Source: Squalus acanthias
Lineage: Eukaryota
Assembly: GCA_030390025.1 (NCBI GenBank)
Contig: CM059432.1
Coordinates: forward strand, 125,180,001-125,244,000
Length of the DNA stretch: 64,000 nt
Direction of reading: 5' to 3'
In this document: positions 51,709-64,000 of the stretch, piece after piece
Layout of the letters: each line of letters begins with the position of its first letter
Numbering within the stretch: position 1 is the first letter of the stretch
Made by a program: the position numbers and the translations under genes
Notes under the pieces: generated by a model
What the model was told of the DNA's origin: nothing
Seen by the model: only the letters and a program-made list of their open reading frames with translations
The model's database searches: none

Positions 51709-51911
51709 GATAACTAAGACACTAATAGAAGAAGATGGCACGAAATGGAGAGAAAAGCTGTCACCAATCCCAGTCGTCCCTGTATCTGCGCAGCTACATA
51801 GATGGGAAGAAGATTCTATAACCACTGCTGCTGGAAACAAAACCCAGACTACTAATGAAAGGCAGTACAAATCTCTAGACTCTAGTAATGGCAAAGCGCA
51901 CCAAGACCTAG
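51709..51911 (+). CDS. SPAG1: SPAG1 coding exon E: ITKTLIEEDGTKWREKLSPIPVVPVSAQLHRWEEDSITTAAGNKTQTTNERQYKSLDSSNGKAHQDL
   Basis: Acceptor ctttctag, donor G|gtatga. Contains the SPAG1/TOMM34-type motif DGxxWREKLSPIPxVP. Phases 2 and 1. Confidence 0.95.
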
Positions 51912-52089
51912 GTATGAAACTGACTATTTGGCATCATTGTAAATATTTTTGATTATTGAAATCTTGATCTCATCACATATTGAAACTTGCGTAGCTGGCT
52001 GGAGCAAGTATTACTCTCACCTGAAACAAAAGGCTCTGAGTTTTAGCCCATGTCAGCTTCAACCTTTCACTTGCAGTCAAAATTCTAAC

Positions 52090-52503
52090 CGGGGTCAACT
52101 TGGGTCAGTAGCAGCACACTCACTTCTGAACCGCACTGCAGGAGCTGCGCATGTAATCCAGGGCAACGCTTTAGTGCAGTGCTACAGGAATAATGCATTT
52201 TCGGAGGTACCATCTTTTGGGCGAGTCTTTAAACAGAACTGCCTGTTCAGGTGGACATAAAAGATCTCGTTGCATTATTTGACGAAGAGCAGTGTCCTGG
52301 CCAACGTTTATCCCACAACCAACACCACCAAAATAGATTAACTCGTCTTTTATTTCATTGTTGTTTATGGGACCTTGCTGTATGCAAATTGGCTGCCACA
52401 TTTGTCTACAAAACAGTAATAACTACACTTAAAATGTAATTTGTTGGTTGTGACATCCTGAGAGCATGAAAGATGCTATATAAATGCAAGTTTGTTCTTT
52501 CTT
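52090..52503 (+). mobile_element. Deu-domain SINE, diverged
   Basis: ttcaggtggacataaaagatc...gtgtcctggccaac...gctatataaatgcaagt. Confidence 0.65.
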
Positions 52504-52647
52504 AACCCGATATCTGGTACATAGAAGATACTGCAGTGCAGCTTTTCTTTATTTAAAAACAACTTGCATTTATATAGCACTTTTACACTTCAGAGGCATA
52601 ATCAAACAAAAATGGATGCTGAACCAGAGAAGGAGGTACTAAGAGGG

Positions 52648-53282
52648 AAGCAAATAGTATGTTGGCCTTTATTACAAGAGGATTTGAGTACAAGAGTAAA
52701 GACATCTTACTGCAGTTATATAGGGCCCTGTTGAGACCACACCTGGAGTATTGTGTACAGTTTTGGTCTCCTTACCTAAGGAAGGATATACTTGCCATAG
52801 AGAAAGTGCAACGAAGGTTCACCAGACTGGTTCCTGGGATAGGGGGATTGTCCTATGAGGAGAGATTGAGTAGACTAGGCCTCTATTCTCTAGAGTTTAG
52901 AAGAATTGAAACATACAAAATTCTTACAGGGCTTGACAGAGTAGATGCAGAGAGGATATTTCCCCTGGCTGTGGAATCTAGAACCAGGGGTCACAGTCTC
53001 AGAATAAGAGGTCGGCCATTTAGGACTGAGATGAGGAGAAATTTCTTCACTCAGAGGGTGGTGAATCTTTGGAATTCTCCACCCCAGAGGCTGTGGAGGC
53101 TCAGTCGTTGAGTATATTCAAGACCGAGATCGATAGATTTTTGGATATTAAGGGAATCAAGAGATATGGGGAGAGTGCAGGAAAGTGGAGCGGAGGTAGA
53201 AGATCAGCCATGATCTTATTGAATGGCGGAGCAGGCTCAAGGGGCCGAATGGCCTACTCCTCCTATTTCTTTTATGTTCTTA
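52648..53282 (+). mobile_element. CR1 3' fragment inserted into a minus-strand L2 tail, with 8-bp TSD
   Basis: MLAFITRGFEYKSKDILLQLYRALLRPHLEYCVQFWSP. TAAGAGGG is duplicated at 52640-52647 and 53283-53290. Confidence 0.88.
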
Positions 53283-53700
53283 TAAGAGGGGTGATCAAAA
53301 GCTTGGTCAAAGAGGTGGGTTTTGAGGAGAATTTTAAAGGAAAGGGAAGAGAGAGACCGTGTGGTCTCGGGAGGAAATTCTGGACTGTAAGGTGTAGACC
53401 ACTGAAATCATGGACACCAATAGGGGAAGGGAACACCTTAAAGTAAATTCTAGTAGCATTGTTCACAGCTGTTAATTCTTATTCTGTATATGCAAAATAA
53501 TGTTTTGAATATTATGCATGCAAAGTAACAGTGCTGTGGGCATTGAGGCTCATAGTTTATTTAAAATGAGTATTTTCACATCCCTATCATTTTGAGAGGA
53601 TACATTAAAATAACTACATATGAATTACTATTTAATACTCAACAACTGGACACCATTCTTAGGTTGTGCTAAGATCCCATTAACCTAGAACAAATACAGT

Positions 53701-54401
53701 GGCCCGGAATTTGCGGTCAGTGGCAAAGTGACGGCGATCGCAGTTGCCCACAAAGATCTAGCGATCACTGTGGCGTCAATTTCATCTCTCCCGACCTTAG
53801 TTTGAATCTGGGGCCAAATCAAGCGAATCACCAGGGTCCAGCAACAGTGATTTCATCAAGCTGGCTAAGCTGCCAATTACATTGACGAATTCTCACAGAC
53901 AGCAAACCAGGAAGTAAAATGCACAGATTAGAATTTACTTTCAATAAATTTTACAGAGAACGAAATAAAGATTGGGACATACACATAGGATTAAGGTAGA
54001 AGCTGAAATATCATAAACAAACTTTAACCAAAAATTATTATATTAAACTTGTAATTATTAATGGAAAAATTTGACATTCCACAAATATAAAATTAATTTT
54101 CAGAACCAGAACGGTTGTTTAGCAGTCAGTATGTCATTAAAAACCTAGTTACATCTCTTTCAACAAGACTTAACGTTTTAGGTTTTTTTTAACACCGATA
54201 TTCCATTGTAAAAGGGGAATTTTTCGTTCGTTCAAGTGATTTGAATTGATTGCCAGCTCTGGGGAGTTCCACAACGCAACCTGTGGTAGAACAGGGAATG
54301 GCTGACCACAACTTCAGGATTTCCCAATGTTTATCTGCGCATGTGCTAAATCCTAAAGTTGCTAACTGTTTCGCCAGCATTACCATTGCAAAATCCGCGC
54401 C
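53701..54401. mobile_element. MITE (Harbinger-like TIRs)
   Basis: GGCCCGGAATTTGC / GCAAAATCCGCGCC inverted termini. Confidence 0.55.
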
Positions 54402-54725
54402 AATGTATTGACCATGAGTTCCAAGTATTTGTAATACTGTGAAAGACCTTTTATATGAATGTGTCATTGCAGTACTCAAAATTCACCATTATTTCACTAG
54501 TGAGGGATCCTGTATGTAGCTCGTCAATAATGGTGATTATTGAGCAGTAGTTCACCATAGAACATGTGTGTATATATAATGAACAGTACATGTACAGTAA
54601 ACATTCTTATTGCTTTCTAAAGGACAGTCACGTGCAGCATAGTACTTTAAGATCTTGAGCCTCTCAGATCATTCATACTTGAAGATTTATTTTAAAAGTT
54701 CATGTTTTGTATGCAATTCTTATAG

Positions 54726-54867
54726 GTAAAAACATAGAAGAGCATTTTATTTCCTCGAAGCAGGAAGGGAACAGTTTTGTGAAAAAGACCCAGTACAAAG
54801 AAGCCATTGCAAAGTACAGTGAATGCCTAAAACTGAAATCCAATGAATATACAATTTACACAAACAG
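54726..54867 (+). CDS. SPAG1: SPAG1 coding exon F (third TPR cluster start): GKNIEEHFISSKQEGNSFVKKTQYKEAIAKYSECLKLKSNEYTIYTNR
   Basis: Acceptor ttcttatag, donor AG|gtaaga. KQEGN...KYSECLK...IYTNR TPR motif. Phases 1 and 2. Confidence 0.95.
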
Positions 54868-55839
54868 GTAAGAAATATAGCCTCATACTCTAATCTATAA
54901 ATAACTCTAACTTCATAGTATATGGAAAGGACTTGTTTGAATGTAATTTGTATCTACGCCTTAGTTACAAGAAAGAAGCTCCCCTGGTAGCTGACTCACC
55001 AGGAGTGGCATGAAAACTTAACAAAACACACCCTGTCTATTTGAATTCTTTAAACTTCTATTTAGTCCTAAGTATCCTTTAGGTCCAATGATATGCATAT
55101 TGAAGTGAGTCACAGCTGTGCCCCTTCAAGTGAGTAATCTCTCTCATTCAAGTTCGTTTTTTCTCAAATGTTGACATGAAGAACCATATGCTTATCATTA
55201 ATGATTGCTTCCGTTGCTGTACTGTTCTTCACTTGTGTCAACATGGCACAAGTAATTCAAAGAGACACGTCCTCAAATTGCAAGGCTCTCCTGACAGCAC
55301 AGAGCGTCATAGGGGTGCGTGCAGGTTATAAAATCAGGTCTGTAGGCCTGTGCACCATTTTTTCGCATTATAGAAACAGACCAGCTTTCATTTACAGTCT
55401 CAAAAGTTACGTTAATTGACCCAATGCCAAACTTCACATTCTTCTGGCGAGTTCCACCCTCAACACTCACCTCACCCATATAAAATAGGCATGTGACTTC
55501 AGCCCCTGGCCTGGACTGCTGAAGTTGGATTTGTAAAAGTTAGGTTTATGTTGGAAAAGTTGACAAACGTTTTTTTTTTAAAGAAAACATTGATGCCTAG
55601 TTGGATTTTTCTCCTTGCATTCATTTCTGTTGTGGTGGTGAAGGTCATTTTGCATCTTCATTTTTATTTTACAACATTTTCATCCAATATTGTTGCTTGC
55701 TGTTGCAACTGAGGTTGCAGCAAACCAAGTGCTCAGAACGGGAGTTCATTTTGGGGTTCCTATAACACTGCGCATTTTAGATGAGGAAGATGAGTTTATA
55801 AGGGAACACTAAAAGGAAGGGCGATGACACCTGAAGCAC

Positions 55840-56060
55840 GGTGTACCCCGGGATCTGATTTACAGATATTGCTACCTGGGCATGTCGGACAAGACGTGTC
55901 ATCTATACCTCCACTGCGCAATTTCTAAAATAGGAATGGCCTTTCTAGTAGATGTGAATGTAACCACTAATTAATGCTAAACATTAATGCCACCTGATCC
56001 TTCCAAGCCACCACAGGGACCATCTGCCAAATCACGCATGTGACAGATGCAAGGAACACC
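55840..56060 (+). pseudogene. Very degraded Harbinger transposase N-terminal relic
   Basis: gccacctgatccttccaagccaccacaggg resembles the FYATGSFQxxxGD motif seen at about 45850. Confidence 0.35.
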
Positions 56061-57160
56061 ACCTTCATCACTTTCACTATAGAAAGGGGGCATCAGGTAG
56101 ACAGGGCACAAAACCCTTACCAGGTGCTAGGATTCCCATCTCTATCTGTAATTTGTGCTATGAGTTTTATGCTCCAAGTGTAATAATATGTAAAAAGATG
56201 GGTAGATTTACCTTGGTACTCTTCCTGATACCAGAAAACTTCTTCCTCATTTGCTCCCAGATCCAACTACATTCACTGTCTGTGCAATGTTCATCAAGGC
56301 AGCTTGCGACTTTGTTTTCACAAGAAGATTCCCCCTCTCCTCCAATGAGAATCATGCTCCTTTGCTGTGCTGTGCCTCCTGCAACAGGACTTCCAAGGCA
56401 TCCCCAATAAATGGGTGAGTCTTCACAACAATCCTGTATGCACACATTTTCCCCAAGTCATATTTCCACAAACTCTGGAAACAGCAATCGCTAGTTGTTG
56501 CACAAACCAAGTTTGTCACATCGAAAAAACACCTTCAGGGGTGAGCAGCAGTCCTTGAGTAACGTAGGCGTCATGCTCCAGGCCTCTTGCAGTGCCACTC
56601 TACTAAGAAGTATGCGACAGCAGCCCAGCAGTGACTCTCCCTACCTTCATCTTTACCTCCCAACCTGAGGATGCACTCGTCTCCATTCAGTGACATTCAG
56701 CACAGATGAGATCAGGAATGCAGCAGTGTGGAAGGGCTTAACCTGTGGTGGTCCACTCTATGGCACTGTACTTTGGTGCTTCAAAACAATGGGCCCCACC
56801 CCTTTCGCACCTTGTCAACATTTATATGCTGCAGTTGGGTAAGAATGTGATGCAAAATGTGTTTTATTTTGAACTAAGTTTGGAGCATTTAATTGATATT
56901 ATACCTTACAACAGGTTGAATTTGTATAGCACCTTTTAATGTAGAAAATTGTCCCCAAGGCGTTTCACAAAGACATAATCAAAAAAATGGATGTCAAGGC
57001 AAAGGAGGAAATATTAGAAGGGGTGAACAAAAGCTTGATGGAAAGAGGCAGGTTTTAAGGAAGTTCTTAAAGGATGACAGAGAGATGGAGAGGAGGTGGG
57101 ATCTAGGGAGGGAATTCCAGAGCCTAGGGCCTAGACGCTGAAGGCACTGCCACCAATTGA

Positions 57161-58411
57161 GGACAAAAATGAGAAGTCGCACAACACCAGGTTATAGTTC
57201 AACAGTTTTATTTGAAATTACGAGCTTTCGGAGCGCTGCTCCTTCGTCAGGTACAGTGAGGGAATACAAATCAGTTACAAAGCATATATAGACAGAGAAC
57301 AATGTGTCTGCAGAGATACAATCTGTCAGGGAGGCATTACATCAAAGACACAGCAGAATACAGCTAAGACAATGAGGTGGGGTCACAGGGGGTCCAACGT
57401 GTCAAATGCTGCAGTCTGCAGTTAAGCTTTTTACTTTTTTTTAAAACTGGAAATCACATCTGTGAACAAGACAACGACGTCGAGTCACATCCTGTAGCGT
57501 GACATGAAACCGAGATCCCGGTTGAGGCCGTCCTCATGGGTGCGGAACTTGGCTATCAGTTTCTGCTCGATGATTTTGCGTTGTCGTGTGTCTCGAAGGC
57601 CGCCTTGGAGAACGCTAACTCGCAGATCCGAGGCTGAATGTCCTTGACTGCTGAAGTGTTCCCCGACTGGGAGGTAACAATCCTGCTTGGCGATTGTTGC
57701 GCGGTGTCCGTTCATACGTTGTCTCAGTGTCTGCATGGTCTCGCCGATGTACCGTGCTGCGGTGCATTCTTTCCTGCAACGTATGAGGTAGACAACGTTT
57801 GCCGAGTCACATGAGTATGTACCATGTACCTGGTGGGTAGTGTCCTCACGTGTGATGATGGTATCTGTGTTGATGATCTGGCATGTCTTGCAGAGGTTGC
57901 CGTGGCAGGGTTGTGTGGTGTCGTGGTCGCTGTTCTCCTGACAGCTGGGTAATTTGCTGCGAACGATGGTACTTTTGAGGTTAGGCGGCTGCTTGAAGGC
58001 GAGTAGTGGAGGCGTGGGGATGGCCTTAGCAAGGTGTTCGTCGTCATCGATGACATGTTGAAGGCTGCGAAGAATATGGCGTAGTTTCTCCGCTCCGGGG
58101 AAGTACTGGACGACGTAGGGTACTCTGTTGGTTGTGTCCCGTGTTCGCCTTCTGAGGAGGTCTATGCAATTTTTCGCTGTGGCCCGTCGGAAGCCGTAAT
58201 TTCAAATAAAACTGTTGGACTATAACCTGGTGTTGAGTGACTTCTCATTTTTATATATGCTTTGTAACTGATTTGTATTCCCTCACTTTACCTGACGGAG
58301 CAGCGCTCCGAAAGCTCGTAATTTCAAATAAAACTGTTGGACTATAACCTGGTGTCGTGCGACTTCTCATTTTTGTCCACCCCAGTCCAACACCGGCATC
58401 TCCGCATCATG
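57161..58411 (-). mobile_element. Penelope-like retroelement (Neptune type), 5'-truncated with inverted pLTR
   Basis: Stop-free minus frame from about 58192 to 57485: ...PLLAFKQPPNLK...CHGNLCKTC...ANVVYLIRCRKECTAARYIGET...R.NGH...EQKLIAKF...GLN (Cys linker plus GIY-YIG). The terminal repeat at 57161-57290 recurs inverted at 58196-58380. ACCAATTGA(GGA) is duplicated at 57152 and 58412. Confidence 0.92.
57215..57256 (-). ncRNA. Minimal type I hammerhead ribozyme motif in the Penelope pLTR
   Basis: Minus strand reads TAC-CTGACGA-a-GGAGC-agc-GCTCC-GAAA-GCTC-GTA: CUGANGA and GAAA cores, 5-bp stem II, palindromic AGCU stem III, short stem I. Confidence 0.75.
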
Positions 58412-58777
58412 ACCAATTGAGGAGCAAAGGGAGGGGGGATGCACAAGAGGCCAGACTCTCGGAGTTCTGGGGTTGTAGGGCTAGTAGATGTTAGAGATAG
58501 GGAGGGTTTTCAAGTAAAGAACAAGTTTTGTTTCATGCTCAGTTAAACTTTTTGATTTGATGAGTTGAGTGCAAGTTGGAAGAGGGGGTCAGTTGCAGGA
58601 TTACCTACATCATAGGAGTTGCAGTTTCATTATGAAGGTGCTGGCATGTGTACATGTATATCTACAATTTTTCTCACCCAATATTTGAAATTTTTAGGTT
58701 AACTGAGTGGATCTGAAAATTTCTCAAGACGTGCATTGTTAAACAAAAGCTGATCTATTTTGCTTTGTTTTTCCTAG

Positions 58778-58904
58778 GGCACTGTGTTATCTGAAACTTA
58801 ATCAATATAAGGAGGCTGAAGAGGACTGTAACACAGCTCTGCAGTTGGAACCCTCTAATATAAAAGCTTTGTACCGAAGAGCCCTGGCTTACAGAGGATT
58901 AAAA
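58778..58904 (+). CDS. SPAG1: SPAG1 coding exon G: ALCYLKLNQYKEAEEDCNTALQLEPSNIKALYRRALAYRGLK
   Basis: Acceptor ttttcctag, donor AAA|gtaagg. Canonical TPR repeat. Phases 2 and 0. Confidence 0.96.
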
Positions 58905-59189
58905 GTAAGGCACTGGAATGAACACTGGAATTTTATCCATTAGTAACAATAATAGTTGTGCTGGTGTGTGGAGATCTTAGGGTAGATATGGGATCCTAGC
59001 TGTGCCGTACCAGGACCGTTGACAATGCCTGTGCTGCAATGAGCTGACCTCGCCACATAATTCAAGGTCAGCTCATTGTAATAAAAAAAATTCCCCAAGC
59101 ACATGATTATCCACATGAATCTCAGTGAAACAGTAAACTAACATTAGCTTTGTATAATTATATTAATATCAGATATTGGATGATATGTA

Positions 59190-59830
59190 ATTCCAGCAGT
59201 CGAGGGTGGTAATCTCCAGATTACTACCTGGGCCACGTGCTAATTGACATAAGGATAAATGGATCAGGAAAGTAAATGTGTGGCTGAAAGACTGATGTGG
59301 GAAGGAGGGGTTCTATTTCATGAGACACTAGCAAAAATACTGGGACAGAAAGGAGCTGTACCTGAACCAGACTGAGACCACGGTCCTAGCAGAAAGGATA
59401 TATAGGACTGTGAAAAGGATTTTAAACCAGTAAAGGGTGATCAGGCAGTGGAAACACTATGGAACAGCAAAAGATGCACGACTCTGGTGGGAGTTGTCTA
59501 CAGACATCCTGACAGTAGTGATGTAGTGGGGGGTGTGTATAAATACGTGAGATCAGTGAAGCATGTAGCAGACACAATGTAGTTTATAATGGGCGATTTT
59601 AATTTTCACATAGACGGAGAGAAGCAGAACAGCTCAAGTAGTAAAGACTTTGAATTTCTAGGATATATTTGTGACAGTTTTCTGGATCAATGTTTTAAAA
59701 GCAGCAAGGGAACAGGCCATGCTTGATTTAACGATGAGTAATGAGTCAGAATTAGTTAACAGTCCGACAGTAAGTGAATATCATGCGAATAATGACTATA
59801 ATATGATTGAATTTGATATTAGGTTTGAGT
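59190..59830 (+). mobile_element. Degenerate CR1 ORF1/ORF2 fragment
   Basis: tcgagggtggtaatctccagattactacc (SRVVISxLLP) and atgggcgattttaattttc (MGDFNF). Confidence 0.6.
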
Positions 59831-60599
59831 GAGAGTGCGTGGATGTGCATTAATACCAGCTGGGCCTCATTTTCCTAAATGTTCCGGGTGTCCCACCTGA
59901 ACCCAGCCAGATCCACCACCTTGCTGGTGGGCGGGAACAGGAATTTGATGGCAGGCCGCAGCCGGGGACCCATGAGAACAGTCCCGAGCAGTCAGTTGGG
60001 GGCAATGGAGGGGACTCTGGAGGCGATTGGAGGGAGGTGGGGGGTGCGGGGGGAAGCTTTGGAGTAAGGGAGGCCCAAAGCCCAGAGGAGCACTCCTGCC
60101 CTTCCTGGCCCACAAGGAAACCTTTTTTTTAAAAATGTAACTCTTGCTGCCTGGGCCTCTTCTGGCCCACAAACCAGCTCCCAACAGGTTTGGCCTGACA
60201 GGGAAGCCGTTGCTGCTGTCCCACTCATTTAAACATGACCCTGCTGCTTTCCTCCAGGTGTCCTGCTCGCCTGCTCAAAAGAGCAGGTTAATTTCGGGAC
60301 ACAGCGGGATCAGAGGGTAAGTGACTGCCGTCATTTTAACTGCCCCTGGTCGGTTTCCACCAAGCAAAGGGAGTTAAAATCAAGGCCTTAAACATAATTC
60401 TGCCACATGTATATGCATGGAGCTGGCTCAAGGACACCAGTTTCTTGGAATCTGAATTAAAATAGCACCAATATAAAAGCAGTTTGAGATTTCTGTGGTG
60501 AGCCTAAAAAAAAATTATCCGTTTAAAATACAATCATGTAGGTCGCTACAATATCCTTTAGCACAGATTTCTGTTCTGTAAAGGTATTTTTTTTTCCAG

Positions 60600-60776
60600 T
60601 GCTACACAGCTAGTACTGATGATCTCAACAAAGTACTGAAGCTTGACTCGAATCTTGCTGAGGCTCAGAAAGAATTGCTGGAGGTTTCTGAACTTTTGAA
60701 AAAAGAGGGAAAAGGAGACTCTCTTTACAAGACCAGCAATCAAGAAAAACAGAGAAAAAGTATCCAGATACAGGAG
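60600..60776 (+). CDS. SPAG1: SPAG1 coding exon H: CYTASTDDLNKVLKLDSNLAEAQKELLEVSELLKKEGKGDSLYKTSNQEKQRKSIQIQE
   Basis: Acceptor tttttccag, donor GAG|gtatat, 177 nt, phase 0-0. Matches recalled human DLNKVILLDPSIIEAKMELEEV...KERRKIEIQE. Confidence 0.94.
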
Positions 60777-61399
60777 GTATATATTTTATTCTATATTGTC
60801 TGACAAGATTACAAGGCAATGTTTAACTAACTCAGGCTGGACTTGTATTGCACTTTGTGTAGATTCAGACCAGTGTGAAACAGCCACTTGGGGGGGAAAC
60901 TCGTATCTCGTGGCTTTAGTGAACTCGGCAGTCAGGAGACAGACATTTGCGCACTAATTAGCTCTTAGAACCATCCCAGCTGATATGAAAGTGGCTTGAA
61001 CATGAGAGGGCTACCACATGAGCCAAGTTGACGCTCTAGCTTCTACAAATAAGGGCCAGTAGAGTGGTGGAGGCCATTGGCTCCCAGCACATGAGCCTTG
61101 CACAGCAGGCAGCAACGCCCCAAGTAAACTTGCATATTATCTAAAGCCAGTGGCTACGATGACTTGTTTTTACGACCCTAACACCCTACTAAATCTGATT
61201 CTGCAATCCCACACTACTGTCATGGAAAATGTGGGGGGGCACACAGCTTGTAATTTTCTGCTCAGTAAAATTAATAGACAGAAAAGTTATAGGCTGCACT
61301 GTTGCAATTTCTCATGATGTGCTCCCCGTGAGAATGGCTCCCCATTGCAAGCATAAGATTGCCGATTCAACTCTGATATAAAAGCAGCTTGTATGTGTT

Positions 61400-62410
61400 T
61401 GACAAATGCAAAGATCAGTTTCCACATGTACACTAATGATGCTCAGCTCAACCTCTCAGTCGTTCCCTCGACTGCTTCAGTGTTGTCAGACTGCTTGACC
61501 GACATCCAGTCTTGGATGAGTCAATACTTTCTCCAGCCCAACATAGGGAAAACCGAAGCTGTTATTTTCAGCGCACAACACAAACGTGTGTTACTGATTT
61601 CATCACCCACTCCGGTCACTGTCTCAGACTGTACCAAGCTATTTGCAACCTTGGTTTCCCTTTTTAATCCTGAGCTGAGTTTCAGACCACACATCCTCTG
61701 AATGGCAAAGACTGCTTACGTTCACCTCCTCAGCACTGCCAACCTCTGTTCCTACTTTAACTGCTGAAAACCTTGCACATACTTTTGTCAGATCACGACT
61801 TGAACGGCTGAATCTTAACTCCCAAAAACTGGGTTGGGGTCGGGTCAGAGGTTAAAATTCAAAAAATCTGAAACAGGAACCCAACCCAACCAGTTTTAAC
61901 GGAAGCGGGACGAGGAGCGGACGACCAATCCACTCGCGGGAGGCGGGTTGGTTATTTAAATATTATAATGAGGCTGCGTGCCTTCATTTTAACAGTAATT
62001 CTATTTTTAACTCATGTTGACCGGGTTTGGGAAACCCAGCAGGTGAAAGGAGGGGAGAAGGGCTGAATCCATGAGGTAAGTACCTTTATGGCACTGATTG
62101 TGGGCCAGTAGGAGCAGGAGTGTTTCCTCCAGGCCCAACAAGCTACTCAGTAAACCCCACCCCGCCTGCGATATGTCTGCTCCCCCACCCCCCCACCCCC
62201 CGCACCTGCGATCTGTCTGCTCCACCCCCCCCCAACCATCAGACCCCCCCCCCCCTTGACCACCATCTGCTTCCCATCTCTTTGACAAAGCTTTCAGTCA
62301 CCCCTTCTAATCTCTCCTTTCCCAGCTTTGTGTCTATTTTCTGAACGCCTGTCTGTGAAGCACCTTGGGACATATTTATGTTAAAGGCGCTATATAAATG
62401 CATGTTGTTG
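61400..62410 (+). mobile_element. L2 fragment interrupted by a MITE (about 61805-62270)
   Basis: SFHMYTNDAQL...LSDCLTDIQSWMSQYFLQPNIGKTE. L2 tail aaaggcgctatataaatgcatgttgttg at about 62385. Confidence 0.7.
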
Positions 62411-64000
62411 CAGCAACGATTATAATTTAATGTTGGACATGCTTGAATAGAAAACTTTGTTGCTGTAAATTTCTCACTAGAAATGACACACATCCTTTCA
62501 GGTCCTCCTAGTTTAAATTGGGGTTTTTTTTAAGTAGAAATTGAACAATAGTGATCAGTACACCAGATTTCATTAACTTGCAATATTTAACTTTTAGCTC
62601 TTCAGTTCAGCAAAATAATATCACAATGTTTCATTAACTCTCCTAATAACGGTGAACTTGGACCAGCATCTGTAATACAAAACTTGTATGTGAGGTTGCG
62701 TCTACCCCAGTGGAGCCGTCACATGATTCCTTCCACATTGATGAAACAGGAAGAACTTAATCCATCCACAGAATTCATTTCACAGTTTGCAGTTGTCCAT
62801 TAACCCCTGCTACAGAAACAGTCAATGGAATATCCTCCGCTGTGAGAAACCTGCAACTCCATGTCAGCTCTCGCTGCCAATCCATTCTTGAGAACAAAAT
62901 GGCCCTGGCCTGATCCACACAATAGATGCTAGACACACAGCCATCTTTCGTCGAGTTACAAAATCCCATTTTACTCAGTTGATCATTCACAGAACAAAGC
63001 AAGCCATTAGATTAATTTACTTTGAAGTACATCTACTCTTATAGAGTTTGTTATTAAAAATGTATCCACACAAGAAGCATGCTCTGTCTCTGCAAACCAG
63101 TGGCAATTTCCTGGTCCAAGTGACCATAAAAGGCCATGGCTGTTGCCTGTTGATGCCTATATATTCTCACTAGCCCAGCTGCTGCAGTAATCAATTTAAA
63201 ATGACTACCAACATCTCAACAATAGTTTATTAAAAAAAGATTTGACAAATCCACCTATCTGACACAGGCACCTCAGACAGTGCAGCATTCCCTCAGCGCC
63301 ACACAGGAATGCAAGCTGATGCTAGCTAAAAAGGCTGGGGGCGGGGTGGTGGTGGTGAGACAGACAACTAAGCAAAACCAATTGAGAGTGTTGTAATAGA
63401 ATAAGAAATACCATAGACAAGACAGAAGAAGTCAGCGTCCTTGGTAGCCTTTGCTAATTACTTGTTCTCTGCTCTCACTTTATTCTGATCTGCCTCCAGT
63501 GCATTTTGCTTTATTCCTCCACTATAGGCATTTTCTGACCTCTGGATTATCTTTTCCAGTAAGTACTTCATGTTAAAGATATCCCATTTATCCCAACACA
63601 ATATATGTGTGCTGCCATTTGTGTAGGCAGCTCATTCTCCTCTATGGTGTCAACTTTTGCCAGCTCAAACATATCACAAGGCAAAAGTGGGATTCTCCTG
63701 CCGTAACGTCAAGCGGGAGATTGGCAGAACCCTTGGAGAATCATCGTAAATGGTTAAAAACCATGAACACCTTTTCACCGGGGGTTCTGTCTGAGCACCC
63801 TGTGGAAGTTGCTGGCACACATTTTTAAACCTAGCTGATGGGGATGGGGCTGACATTTATTAAAATGATTAAAGAAACTGCAGACTATAGTAATCCTGAG
63901 AGAGGATTATGTGGAGTGGTTCATTACAAGAGCAATTTATAGACTATCTATCGATGTGGCAAGAGTAAGCTTGTTGAGGTTGAGAGGAAGTGGAATTTAA

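Larger units (their letters stand above)
56910..58510 (-). mobile_element. L2 3' tail (56910-57160 plus 58412-58510) split by the Penelope element
   Basis: gggagggaattccagagcctagggcctag continues as accaattgaggagcaaagg...gggatgcacaagaggccaga. Confidence 0.75.

Noticed and set aside
54721..54732. AG|GTAAAA at the start of exon F (and CCG|GTGAGT at 18819) as recursive or cryptic splice sites
   Set aside because: Both are explained by the coding sequence. Sequence alone gives no evidence that they are used.
18805..60776. Alternative assignment to TOMM34 or RPAP3
   Set aside because: The upstream KGKRMLIKEVE exon, the MGNxQKK linker and the RKSIQIQE end match the SPAG1 layout.

Overview
Eukaryotic vertebrate DNA, most likely from a cartilaginous fish (inferred from abundant CR1 and L2 LINEs, SacSINE1-like Deu-domain SINEs and a Neptune-type Penelope element). 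The whole window lies inside one + strand gene, SPAG1 (TPR co-chaperone, axonemal dynein assembly factor). Eight internal coding exons (698-60776) splice in frame through GT-AG sites and encode the linker, the second and third TPR clusters and the start of the C-terminal region; both gene ends are outside the window. The introns are dense with transposons: a near full-length decayed CR1, many CR1 and L2 fragments, a second LINE with its partner SINE, DeuSINEs, hAT and PIF/Harbinger-type MITEs, Harbinger transposase relics, a 5'-truncated Penelope element with a hammerhead ribozyme motif, a tRNA-Leu pseudogene and a 2.35-kb C-rich minisatellite. Almost all long ORFs in the track are repeat artefacts or LINE fragments. 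The best leads are a conserved internal MGNxQKK start in SPAG1, MITEs carrying hairpin arrays followed by splice donors, and the Penelope ribozyme. I found no firm evidence of a wholly new system. Family assignments come from recalled motifs, not database searches.
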